A stretch of DNA of 62,950 nucleotides, filler included, from Candidatus Woesearchaeota archaeon (GTDB lineage: Archaea; Nanobdellota; Nanobdellia; Woesearchaeales; JACPBO01), in assembly GCA_016180285.1 (NCBI GenBank). It is 5 parts of 5 records of this genome, joined end to end, with 100 filler letters (N's around TTAATTAATTAA, not from the genome) between each part and the next. Parts side by side here need not be neighbours in the genome. Positions count along the whole stretch, not along the records: positions 1 to 25,421 come from JACPBO010000016.1; 4 more parts are not named here. One strand, 5' to 3'. This document shows, piece after piece, positions 1 through 9,215 of this stretch. The notes under the pieces were generated by a model that saw only the letters and a program-made list of their open reading frames with translations, did no database searches and had not been told where the DNA came from. Every line of letters starts with the position of its first letter. The first letter of the stretch is position 1. The translations under genes were made by a program, and so were the position numbers.

Positions 1-2
1 TA

Positions 3-734
3 AGGAAGTATTCAAAGCAGACTGAAAAGGCATATCTTAACCTGATAAAGAATTTCCTGGCATCCGGAAAACAGCCAAGGGAATATCTTTTGGGCTATAC
101 GGGGAAGAGCAGATCTGCCATCCGCTCAGCTTATTTTGCCCTTAAGTTCTTTTATGAGCATGTCTTAAGCCAAAAGTTTGACGAGAAAATACCTCTTGCA
201 AAAAGTGATGGAAAGCTCCCTATAGTATTGAGCAGAGAGGAAATAACCAAAATGTTTGAATCAACATTAAATCTCCGCCATAGGCTTATTCTCATGTTTT
301 TGTATTACACAGGAGTAAGGCTTGATGAGATAGTGAATTTAAGATGGGAAGACATTGATTTTGACAGGGATACAATCCATCTTAAAATAACAAAAGGCAG
401 CAAAGACAGGGTTCTTTTCCTTCATCAGAAGCTAAAGCAGTTTATTGTGATGTTCGGCTTAAAGAAAGAAGGCCTTATTTTTCTCTCAAACATTGGCAGG
501 AAATACAGCAAAAGGACTATTCAGGTTATAGTTAAAAGCGCTGCAATGAAAGCAGGCGTAAATAAAAGGGTAACCCCCCATACATTTAGGCACAGCTTTG
601 CAACGCATCTGCTTGAAGCAGGGGCTGATATAAGGCACATCCAGAAATTATTGGGGCATGCAAGCCTTCAGACAACTCAGATCTACACTCATGTTGCAAA
701 CAGGGACATAAAAAGGCTGGCAGATTTATTATAA
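3..734 (+). CDS. XerA/XerC-D-like tyrosine recombinase (5' end outside window)
   Basis: Frame is open from base 3 (RKYSKQTEKAY...). Catalytic set intact: TGVRLDE (R), KGSKDR (K), HTFRHSFATH (HxxR), LGH, TQIY. No IntI-specific insertion. Confidence 0.9.
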   Translation, partial: RKYSKQTEKAYLNLIKNFLASGKQPREYLLGYTGKSRSAIRSAYFALKFFYEHVLSQKFDEKIPLAKSDGKLPIVLSREEITKMFESTLNLRHRLILMFLYYTGVRLDEIVNLRWEDIDFDRDTIHLKITKGSKDRVLFLHQKLKQFIVMFGLKKEGLIFLSNIGRKYSKRTIQVIVKSAAMKAGVNKRVTPHTFRHSFATHLLEAGADIRHIQKLLGHASLQTTQIYTHVANRDIKRLADLL

Positions 735-824
735 CCTATTTTTGATCTATGTTGAAACGCCAAAATTCTGCCATTTTAAGCCTTATCTCGCCATTTTAGA
801 AACGATAGGTTTTTAAATAAAAGT

Positions 825-3791
825 ATGCTTTTATTTAATGAGGACATTCTGAAAATGGATCAAAATTCTGAAGAAAATAACAGCAAAAAACAGGAAAGAA
901 TAGTCAACAGAGTGATTGAAGATGAGATGAAGCAGTCTTATCTTGATTATTCCATGTCTGTAATTGTCGGAAGGGCATTGCCTGATGTAAGAGACGGGTT
1001 AAAGCCGGTGCACAGAAGGATTCTCTTTGCAATGAACGATATGGGCATGCACCACAACAAGCCTTTTAAAAAATCAGCAAGGATCGTCGGTGAAACTTTG
1101 GGAAAATATCATCCGCATGGCGATATAGCAGTCTATGATGCAATGGTCAGAATGGTTCAGGATTTCTCGCTGCGTTATCCTTTGTTACAGGGCCAGGGAA
1201 ATTTTGGGTGTTTTACAGGAGACGCAAAAGTAAAGTTAACCGATAACAGGGATTTGTCGTTCAAAGAGCTGGTTGAAGAGCACAAACAAAACAAAAAAAA
1301 TTATACCTACACTATAAACAAAAATGGAGATGCAGAGATAGCAGAAATAAAAAACCCGCGGCTTACAAAGAAAAATCAAAAAATCATAAAAATAATTTTA
1401 GACAATGATGAAGAAATAAAATGCACATTAGATCATAAATTTATGTTAAGAGACGGAAGCTATAAAGAGGCGCAGCATCTTAAATCCGGAGATTCTTTAA
1501 TGTCGTTATATCTGAATTCATATGCCGAATTGGGTATAAAAATTGTCAAACTAAACCATAAAGTCAAGGATGTTGTTATCTTAAATAAACAAGAAGATGT
1601 TTATGACCTTACAATTGAAGAAACGCACAACTTTGCTTTAGCTGCAGGCATTTTTGTGCACAATTCTATTGACGGTGATGCAGCTGCCGCAATGCGTTAT
1701 AGTGAAGCAAGATTAAACAAGATTGCAGAAGAGCTGCTGCAGGACATTGAAAAGGAAACTGTGAAGTTTGCTGATAATTTTGACGGCAGCCTTAAAGAGC
1801 CAACTGTATTGCCTTCTAAAATTCCAAATCTGCTCATCAACGGATCTTCAGGAATTGCAGTTGGCATGGCAACAAATATTCCTCCGCATAACATCTCAGA
1901 GGTTTCAGACGGCATTATTGCTGCAATTGACGATCCTGATATTGCAAATGAGAAGCTGATGCACTTCATACGCGGACCTGATTTTCCAACCGGAGCCTCA
2001 ATTCTCGGTTTAGGCGGGATAAAACAGGCTTATGAAACCGGAAAAGGCAGCGTGATTGTAAGGGCAAAGACTGCTATTGAAGAAAAGAAGGAAAGAAAAA
2101 ACATAATTGTAAATGAAATACCTTACCAGGTGAACAAATCAATCATGATAGAGCAGATTGCAGGCCTTATACGGGATAAGAGCCTTAGCGGAGTTTCTGA
2201 TTTAAGGGATGAAAGCGACAGGGAAGGAATGCGCGTTGTCATAGAGCTGAAAAAAGACGCAAATCCCGAAGTTGTCCTTAACCAGCTTTACAAGCACACA
2301 TCAATGCAGACAACATTTGGCATAATAATGCTCGCCTTGGTCAACAATGAGCCCAAGGTCTTAAGCCTTAAGGGAATGGTGCAGCATTTCATAAAGCACC
2401 GCCAGGATGTTGTCAGGAAGAGAACAGAATTTGACCTCAATGAAGCTGAAAAGAAAGCGCATATTTTGGAAGGGTTAATCATAGCATTAAATGATATAGA
2501 CAATGTTATACAAAAAATAAAGAAATCAAGGGATGCAGCAGAAGCAAAGATCATGCTTATTGGCGATTATAGGCTTACTGAAGTGCAGTCATTGGCAATA
2601 CTGGACATGAGGCTGCAAAGGTTAGCGTCATTAGAGCAGGAGAAAATAAAAAATGACCACAAGGAATTGTTAAAGCTCATAGAAGCTCTTAAGGCAATGC
2701 TTGCAGATGAAGCAAAAATTTTAGGTGTAATAAAAAATGAATTAATTGAAATTAAAAACAATTACGGCGATGGCAGAAGAACGCAGATTGAGGAATCAGT
2801 TGCAGATGAGATATGCACAGAAGACCTTGTAAAGCCTGAAGAAATGGCTGTTACAATAACGCACGAAGGCTATATAAAAAGGCTGTCTGTTGGCGCATAC
2901 AAGCTGCAAAAAAGAGGCGGGCACGGAGTTATAGGCGCAGGCAGGAAAGAAGAGGACTTTGTTGAAGACCTGTTTATTGCAAACACGCATTCTTATATCT
3001 TGTTTTTCACAAACAAGGGAAAAGTGCATTGGCTCAAGGTCTATGAAATCCCGGAAGTATCAAGAATTGCAAAAGGAACTGCTGTTGTTAATTTATTGGA
3101 CTTAAGTAAAGATGAGAAAGTCAGCGCATTTGTTCCTGTAAGGGAGTTTGATGATCAGCATCATATAGTATTCGCAACAAGAAAAGGCACAGTTAAGAAA
3201 ACAAATCTTGCAGAATATTCAAGGCCGAGAGCCGGCGGAATAATTGCCATTACATTGGAAGAAGGCGACGAGCTTATAGCAACAAGCCTCACAGACGGAA
3301 AGCAGCAGGTAATCCTTGCTACAAAAAACGGGCTTGCAGTCCGATTTAAGGAAGAGGATGTAAGGGCAACCGGAAGATCAGCGCAAGGCGTCAGGGGAGC
3401 AAGATTAAGGCAGGATGATGAGATTGTCGGAATGGTAATCGGCGACGATTCCAAAACTTTATTGACTGTTACAGAAAACGGCTATGGAAAGAGAACGCAG
3501 ATTTCAGAATACAGGCTGGTCAGCCGCGGCGGTGTCGGTGTCAGAAACATACTCTGCAGCGAAAGAAACAGCTGCGTTGTTGCTGTCAAGCCAGTAACTG
3601 ATAATGACGAGCTGATATTCATCAGCAAGAATGGCATTGTGATAAGGACAAAGGCAGAAGGAATTCCTGCCATCGGAAGGGCAACGCAGGGAGCAAGGAT
3701 CATGAAGCTTGAAGAAGGCGACAAGCTGGTTGCAGCTGCAAGGATTGTGAAGGAAGAGAATGGAAACTCTGAAAATAAGCAAAATATTTAA
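825..3791 (+). CDS. gyrA: DNA gyrase subunit A, intein-containing
   Basis: RALPDVRDGLKPVHRR, HPHGD, AAMRY catalytic Tyr (codon 1698), GyrA-box QKRGGHG, C-terminal pinwheel repeats. Alternative start ATG at 855. Confidence 0.97.
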   Translation: MLLFNEDILKMDQNSEENNSKKQERIVNRVIEDEMKQSYLDYSMSVIVGRALPDVRDGLKPVHRRILFAMNDMGMHHNKPFKKSARIVGETLGKYHPHGDIAVYDAMVRMVQDFSLRYPLLQGQGNFGCFTGDAKVKLTDNRDLSFKELVEEHKQNKKNYTYTINKNGDAEIAEIKNPRLTKKNQKIIKIILDNDEEIKCTLDHKFMLRDGSYKEAQHLKSGDSLMSLYLNSYAELGIKIVKLNHKVKDVVILNKQEDVYDLTIEETHNFALAAGIFVHNSIDGDAAAAMRYSEARLNKIAEELLQDIEKETVKFADNFDGSLKEPTVLPSKIPNLLINGSSGIAVGMATNIPPHNISEVSDGIIAAIDDPDIANEKLMHFIRGPDFPTGASILGLGGIKQAYETGKGSVIVRAKTAIEEKKERKNIIVNEIPYQVNKSIMIEQIAGLIRDKSLSGVSDLRDESDREGMRVVIELKKDANPEVVLNQLYKHTSMQTTFGIIMLALVNNEPKVLSLKGMVQHFIKHRQDVVRKRTEFDLNEAEKKAHILEGLIIALNDIDNVIQKIKKSRDAAEAKIMLIGDYRLTEVQSLAILDMRLQRLASLEQEKIKNDHKELLKLIEALKAMLADEAKILGVIKNELIEIKNNYGDGRRTQIEESVADEICTEDLVKPEEMAVTITHEGYIKRLSVGAYKLQKRGGHGVIGAGRKEEDFVEDLFIANTHSYILFFTNKGKVHWLKVYEIPEVSRIAKGTAVVNLLDLSKDEKVSAFVPVREFDDQHHIVFATRKGTVKKTNLAEYSRPRAGGIIAITLEEGDELIATSLTDGKQQVILATKNGLAVRFKEEDVRATGRSAQGVRGARLRQDDEIVGMVIGDDSKTLLTVTENGYGKRTQISEYRLVSRGGVGVRNILCSERNSCVVAVKPVTDNDELIFISKNGIVIRTKAEGIPAIGRATQGARIMKLEEGDKLVAAARIVKEENGNSENKQNI
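1209..1664 (+). other. Mini-intein (152 aa, no homing endonuclease) in GyrA
   Basis: Begins CFTGD after GQGNFG. Block B CTLDHKF, block F VYDLTIEETHNF, ends VHN followed by Ser. Removing it restores GNFGSIDGD. Confidence 0.93.
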
Positions 3792-3839
3792 ACTCAAAAA
3801 TAAAAACATGTTGAACTTGTGTTTTCAAGGTGATAAAAA

Positions 3840-3983
3840 ATGAGATGCATACTTCATGGAAAGGAAACTGTCGGGCTGTGCGGATGGTGCGGAGCAGCGA
3901 TCTGCAATCAATGCATTGGCAAAAGCAAGGGAAAGAAGATCTACTGCAGGAAATGCTCTGAGAAGCTGCCTGATACAGATTAA
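3840..3983 (+). CDS. 47-aa Cys/His-rich zinc-finger (B-box-like) protein, absent from ORF track
   Basis: Translates MRCILHGKETVGLCGWCGAAICNQCIGKSKGKKIYCRKCSEKLPDTD*, with CxxH plus three CxxC. AGGTGA RBS just upstream. Confidence 0.75.
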   Translation: MRCILHGKETVGLCGWCGAAICNQCIGKSKGKKIYCRKCSEKLPDTD

Positions 3984-4732
3984 GATTTAGCGATTTTCCA
4001 AAGGATTTCAAAATATGTTTCAAATGATTTTGTTATTTTCTCGCTGTCTATTTTGATCGCAACAAAATCCTCTTCTAGTGGAAGAAACAGGATTGATTTA
4101 TGACCATAAATCAAAACAGAAGTAGGAATTTCATAATCATCTGGCAGGAATCTTGCTTCTGTTAATTGTTTGTATTTTTCTATTTCGCTTCTCCTTTTTT
4201 TCTTTGCAACTATGTGTCTTTTTATCTTTTGTTTTATTCTTCTTTTCTGCCAGTGAATAAAATAATATTTGAGCAGTTTTGCTCCGAGAGCCTCATAACC
4301 AATCATTTTATAGTCTCTTCCTTCTTTTAGTATGTCCTCCAGTAATGTCTTAAAACCTTCTTTGCCGCCAAAAACTTCAATTGAATAGGGCTCTTTTTTA
4401 GGCGCTTCTATTTTCTTCAATTGTTCTATTATGAGCTTTATTGTTTCTTTTTGATCAAGCAGTATTCTTTCTTTTTCTTCTAAATATTTATTTAAGGATT
4501 CTGGAGAAGTGGCCTGAAAATATTTTCTATTCTCTTTTATAAGATAAGAAACAAGGCCTTTTTCAATAAGACTATTCAATATGTCGTAAATTATCGTCCT
4601 ATAAATTCCGCTTTTTTCAGCTATTTTTGAAGCCAAGGATGATCCCAATTCAAGGCAGGCGATATAAACTTTGACTTCGTTTTCTGTCAAGCCTATTTCT
4701 TTAAGCCTATCTTTTATGTTTAAAGACTCCAT
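3980..4732 (-). CDS. TrmB-family transcriptional regulator
   Basis: GLTENEVKVYIACLELG...IYRTIIYDILNSLIEKGLVS wHTH followed by an effector-like C-terminal domain. Confidence 0.88.
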   Translation of the reverse strand: MESLNIKDRLKEIGLTENEVKVYIACLELGSSLASKIAEKSGIYRTIIYDILNSLIEKGLVSYLIKENRKYFQATSPESLNKYLEEKERILLDQKETIKLIIEQLKKIEAPKKEPYSIEVFGGKEGFKTLLEDILKEGRDYKMIGYEALGAKLLKYYFIHWQKRRIKQKIKRHIVAKKKRRSEIEKYKQLTEARFLPDDYEIPTSVLIYGHKSILFLPLEEDFVAIKIDSEKITKSFETYFEILWKIAKS

Positions 4733-4778
4733 GAATTTAACATAAATAGAAACTTATTTTTAAATTTATCTATTTGTC

Positions 4779-4793
4779 GTAATTTAAAATTAC
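4779..4793. promoter_or_regulatory. Palindrome GTAATTT-A-AAATTAC between divergent trmB and orphan gene; candidate operator
   Basis: Perfect 7-bp inverted repeat lying between the two divergent TATA-like tracts. Confidence 0.4.
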
Positions 4794-4866
4794 AGCAAGA
4801 TTTAAATATTTAGGCGTTTAATAGTTACTATTGAGTGAATAAGATTAACAAATAGATGCAAATAAA

Positions 4867-5214
4867 ATGGGAGTCAAAATGAAATCCGATCTGGAATATG
4901 AAATTAAAACAGAAAAATTCTTTAAATTCCTTCATTCAAAAGAAGCTAAACGAAAATTTATAGAAAAAGTTTATGGAAAAGGATGGATTAGTCAAAAGAA
5001 AAAAGATGTGCTTGAAGAAAAAGCATCACAAAGTATGACTTTTGATAATTATATAAAACTCGCTGGTGGCTTTTATATGAATAGCAATGAATATATGATG
5101 ATACGTGCCGAATCAATGGGAGATTATAAAAAGGCTATTAAATTTGCAGAGGACGCTTCATTTGAAACATGGTCACAAAATTATCAATTAATGGTCCGGT
5201 TCCTAGAAGAATAG
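4867..5214 (+). CDS. Hypothetical protein (AT-rich orphan)
   Basis: 115-aa ORF with upstream TTTAAATA box, divergent from trmB. No family recognised. Confidence 0.6.
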   Translation: MGVKMKSDLEYEIKTEKFFKFLHSKEAKRKFIEKVYGKGWISQKKKDVLEEKASQSMTFDNYIKLAGGFYMNSNEYMMIRAESMGDYKKAIKFAEDASFETWSQNYQLMVRFLEE

Positions 5215-5257
5215 AACAAAAAATGAGTATTTATAAAAACTAGGTTAGCATTTATTT

Positions 5258-6211
5258 TTAATTAACCGTAACAATTATTTCCTCTTTTTGTTTGTTTTCT
5301 TCGCTTTTAGTTTCTGCTTTCATATCATCCTTTATCTCTTCTTTTATCGCTTTTTCCTCAATTCTGCTGTACTCTTCAACCTGGTACTTGACCTCGCTCC
5401 TTATTTTTTCAATATCTTCAAGCATATTGAGGATCTTTTTGCTGACGCTTTCTTTTTTGTAATGACCTTCTATCTGGCCGATCATGTTTATTATTGAATT
5501 CACATTCTCTGATGTCATCTCGCTTTTCCAGCTGATGCCTTTTATGTTCAATGTAACAACCAATTCCAGCAATTTATTCAGGGAGCTTTCTATGCTCCTC
5601 AATATAAGCTCCAGCTTTAATTCATCAACCTTTTTGACAAATTCTTTGTTCTTCCTGTTTGGGCATATGATATTAAAGAGATCGTACAAATTAGTGTCAA
5701 ATGTTGTTGTCGTCAGCCATAAATCCTTTATTTCCTGCTTTGATGCATTGCCTGAGTTGATCTTATCAATAAGTTTTCCGGCTTCTGCCCTGAACAGATA
5801 CAGGCCGCTTCTCAATCTGTTTATTTTTTCATCAAATGAAATGTCGTACACTTCATCAAGGATTACTTTCTGCTTTATTGAAACCAGCTTTGAGATCAAT
5901 AAGCCAAAAATTATCAGGCCAGAAACAGCTTCAATCACTGCAAGAATCCTTGATATGCCGACAGGCATGATGTCGCCATAACCCTGCGAAGCAGATGCCG
6001 ATGTTATGAAGCTAAAATATTGTGCTGTGATAAAGCCATTAATGGATGGAATCAGTCTTTCTTGTTTGTACAAAATGCCATTATCTTGGGTAAGAGATAA
6101 TAAAAAGAAAACAATGCCAAAGACAAACATGTATGAGAGCCAATATAAGAAAACCTTCTTGAAAGTAATCTTATCGACAAATCCAACAAAGTTAAAACTT
6201 TTTTTTTCCAT
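5258..6211 (-). CDS. Two-TM potassium-channel-like protein with C-terminal helical domain
   Basis: TM-pore-TM layout: YFSFIT...GYGDIMP then RILAVIEAVSG. Confidence 0.85.
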   Translation of the reverse strand: MEKKSFNFVGFVDKITFKKVFLYWLSYMFVFGIVFFLLSLTQDNGILYKQERLIPSINGFITAQYFSFITSASASQGYGDIMPVGISRILAVIEAVSGLIIFGLLISKLVSIKQKVILDEVYDISFDEKINRLRSGLYLFRAEAGKLIDKINSGNASKQEIKDLWLTTTTFDTNLYDLFNIICPNRKNKEFVKKVDELKLELILRSIESSLNKLLELVVTLNIKGISWKSEMTSENVNSIINMIGQIEGHYKKESVSKKILNMLEDIEKIRSEVKYQVEEYSRIEEKAIKEEIKDDMKAETKSEENKQKEEIIVTVN

Positions 6212-6322
6212 TTTGTCATGCGAGCAATCCCTATACGTCCTCTATTCAGTATAGAAATTAGTATACTGGTATATACTTCTTATATTTAAATGTTTCGAAA
6301 ATGAAAATTTCGTTTTTGTTCA

Positions 6323-8098
6323 CTAAACAGCAAACTTTCCTTTTTTAAGAATCCACAGCTTATTGCCTTTTTTATCCAATCCGTAAATATCAAGCTTCTG
6401 CCTTGGCGCATCTATTACTATATCTGTATGATACTCTGTTGCCCTGTCAGCCTCAAATCCAGATCCAAGGGCAATATGGATCATGTTGGCTATCTTCTCA
6501 TTCACAATCAGGTAATTGCACAGCTTTGCATTCGGATTAGTGTTGATTGCAAATTCCCCTATTTTATTGAAGTTATCTTTCTTCAGCTTTATCACATCAA
6601 ATGGCAGGCTTTTGTTCTTCTCCTGCTCCAGAATCTGCTTCCACGCTTCCTTCTTTTTATTTTCAAATTTTTCAATTATCGCCTTATCGCCTTTTAGTAT
6701 CTTGTAGCAGTCGCCGTAGCACTGAACAACCAGCGGATTTTTGTCAGAAAGCAGATAGCTTTGGTCAATGCTTATGACAACATCTCCAACAAAAGTTCCC
6801 TTTAAATATTCCGGGGTCATAAATGCCTCTCCGCCTGGAATATTGGCCATTGTTCCTGCTTTAATCCCGGTTTCCTTGAAATAATCCTGGTTTACTTTGT
6901 TCCTTGTTTCAACATCAGAGCCTCTAACCCTTCTTCTTCCGCCGTCTTTTTTGATCATCCCAACTTCAAACTCTGTCCTGCCGCCTTCAACTTCTTCTCC
7001 GCTTACAATTATTTTATCGCTTCTGTCCGCGATTTCACTTATCTTGTCATCTCTTTCTTTCATCTTCAGCCAGTCTATTCTGCAGCTTTCGATAAAAACA
7101 TCTATCGGCAAAGTTTCTGTAAATCCCACTCTTGCTTTCGGATCTCTGTCTTCAGATTTTGTCTGCGGATAGTAATCAAGCTTATAGATTATCTGGCCAG
7201 GCGAACTCCACCTTGATTTCTTATTCAGCGTTGGATAGCCGATAACCTCCCCGAATAAATGTTTCCCGGCATACCCTTTTCCTCTGACAGAGAATGTTGC
7301 ATCAGGAGTTTCCAGCCTGTTGATCTTCAGCAATTCTGATAATTTTTTGAACTTAACAAAAACAGGCTCGTCAATTTCCTTATCAAGCTCGCATCCAAGA
7401 AGCGTTGCCCTGAGCTCTGAAATCCTCTCGCCTTTTTCAAGCATTGACATTTTTGATGTGGTTGTGCCCATTCTTAATTCTGAAGCATAGCCTTTTATTG
7501 CAAGCATCATGGCGTAAGCAATTGCATAAGAATCGAGATAATCCTCAAGCGGCAATTCAAGGTCCTTCTCGCGAGGCACAGTTTCAAACCCAATAGAAAC
7601 ATTCTCTCCTTTTTTCAGGTCATAAACCTGGCTCCATATTATCTTTGCAGTTTCAATTAAGTCATCAGGCCTGTAAGCCATAAACCATTCATCATGATAA
7701 GGCAGCTTAAAGGTTCCCTTAAATCCCTTTTCCCCTGCTTCAAGAATCAGTTCAGGTGGATTGAAAATCTCAATGAATTTGCCTTTTGTTTTTTTCTCAG
7801 TTTCATCAATGAATTCTTTCAGCGCAATGGTTTTTTTATCTCTGATGCCTTTTTTAAAGTCTTTAAAACATTGCCAGACATCTTTCAAAACATCAAGCGA
7901 TGAAGAATTTTTCTCAAAGGCAACTGCATTCAGCTCACCATTGAGTTCGTGGATTGCCTTTGATAGCGGCGCAATTGAGTGATACGCCTTTTTATTATTC
8001 AGGTTAAAATAAATCAAAACACTTTTGTTTTTCAGGTTTTTCAGGATTTTTTTATAATCCTCTGCTGCGGAATTGAATTTCTCAAGATCGTATTTCAT
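6323..8098 (-). CDS. M29-like (thermophilic metalloprotease) aminopeptidase
   Basis: NIPGGEAF, IGEFAINTN, NEKIANMIHIALG, HTDIV motifs. Confidence 0.75.
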   Translation of the reverse strand: MKYDLEKFNSAAEDYKKILKNLKNKSVLIYFNLNNKKAYHSIAPLSKAIHELNGELNAVAFEKNSSSLDVLKDVWQCFKDFKKGIRDKKTIALKEFIDETEKKTKGKFIEIFNPPELILEAGEKGFKGTFKLPYHDEWFMAYRPDDLIETAKIIWSQVYDLKKGENVSIGFETVPREKDLELPLEDYLDSYAIAYAMMLAIKGYASELRMGTTTSKMSMLEKGERISELRATLLGCELDKEIDEPVFVKFKKLSELLKINRLETPDATFSVRGKGYAGKHLFGEVIGYPTLNKKSRWSSPGQIIYKLDYYPQTKSEDRDPKARVGFTETLPIDVFIESCRIDWLKMKERDDKISEIADRSDKIIVSGEEVEGGRTEFEVGMIKKDGGRRRVRGSDVETRNKVNQDYFKETGIKAGTMANIPGGEAFMTPEYLKGTFVGDVVISIDQSYLLSDKNPLVVQCYGDCYKILKGDKAIIEKFENKKKEAWKQILEQEKNKSLPFDVIKLKKDNFNKIGEFAINTNPNAKLCNYLIVNEKIANMIHIALGSGFEADRATEYHTDIVIDAPRQKLDIYGLDKKGNKLWILKKGKFAV

Positions 8099-8107
8099 TG
8101 TTTAAAG

Positions 8108-9172
8108 TCACTTTTCAACTGTTATTAAATCTTTTGGTATTTTTGTGAGAAGCTCTGCGCTTTTCTCCTTGATCAAAACGCTGTCTTCAATCCTTATCCC
8201 GAATTTTCCCTTAAAATAAATGCCTGGCTCAACAGTTATTGTAAAATTCTCCTTTAATTTATTGTCAAAATATTCGTGAATGTTGATGCCAAAGCTGTGG
8301 CCCAGGCCATGTATAAAGTTTTTATTGTATTCTTTTAATTTTTTTCTGACATTCTCTTCCGCAATTTTGTAGTTTTTATTCGCTCTCAGCTCTTTAATTG
8401 TTTCTCTCTGCAAATTAAGCAGCAAACCATAAATCTCAGCTTCTTTTTCATTTGGCTTTCCGATATAAATTGTCCTGGTTGTGTCAGTGCAGTAATTTTT
8501 GTATTTTACGCCGAAGTCAATTATGCAGAATCCCTTTTTCAGCTTTGCGTTGCTCGTTTTGTGGTGCGGCATCGATGAATTCTTTCCAGAGGCAACTATT
8601 GTCGGAAATGCCAGGCCGCAGTTATTCTTTTTAGCCTCATTTTCAAGAAAATCAGCAGCATCTTTTTCTGTTTTAAATCTGCTGAAATCCCTGAAGCATT
8701 TTTTAAGAATTCCGTCTGATATACGGCATGCCTTTTTTATTATTCCGATCTCTTTTTCAGTCTTTATCTGCCTTAATCCGTTCAATATTTTTGAAATATC
8801 CGCAAATTTTATATTTTTAAATGATTTTCTTATCTCCTTATATTCATTTAAAGAAACAACATTCTTGTTTATTCCCATTCTCCTGACATTTTGCCTCTTC
8901 AGCAGGCCTTTAATAAAATCAAATAACCTTTCTTTCCTGTCTTTTTTCTCAATCTTAATTATGTTTTTTATTATAGAAGATTTCTTTGCCCTTTCAAGCT
9001 CCATTGCCGCAACAACAGACTTTACAAGATTTTTTGCAGCCACCAAAATGCTGAAATCAGTTTCAAACTGGGTGAAATACAGCAGATTAGGGTCCTTTGA
9101 CCTGTAATTCATGATAATAGCTGCATCAATCTTCTTGCTCTTCAGGATTTTTTGGAACTCCTTCAGCCTCAT
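8108..9172 (-). CDS. Xaa-Pro aminopeptidase (M24)
   Basis: PHH, IDFG, DTTRT, HGLGH...IHE, TVEPGIY, GIRIED. Confidence 0.93.
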   Translation of the reverse strand: MRLKEFQKILKSKKIDAAIIMNYRSKDPNLLYFTQFETDFSILVAAKNLVKSVVAAMELERAKKSSIIKNIIKIEKKDRKERLFDFIKGLLKRQNVRRMGINKNVVSLNEYKEIRKSFKNIKFADISKILNGLRQIKTEKEIGIIKKACRISDGILKKCFRDFSRFKTEKDAADFLENEAKKNNCGLAFPTIVASGKNSSMPHHKTSNAKLKKGFCIIDFGVKYKNYCTDTTRTIYIGKPNEKEAEIYGLLLNLQRETIKELRANKNYKIAEENVRKKLKEYNKNFIHGLGHSFGINIHEYFDNKLKENFTITVEPGIYFKGKFGIRIEDSVLIKEKSAELLTKIPKDLITVEK

Positions 9173-9215
9173 ATTTCCATAAAGAATATATATAACTTAA
9201 AAAACTTTCTACATT

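Noticed and set aside
3..824. Integron integrase with attI/attC array
   Set aside because: No IntI-specific insertion between the Lys and HxxR regions, and no attC-like array; gyrA follows directly.
4580..4786. 12/14 similarity between the trmB recognition-helix codons and its upstream region
   Set aside because: A short AT-rich match, plausibly chance.
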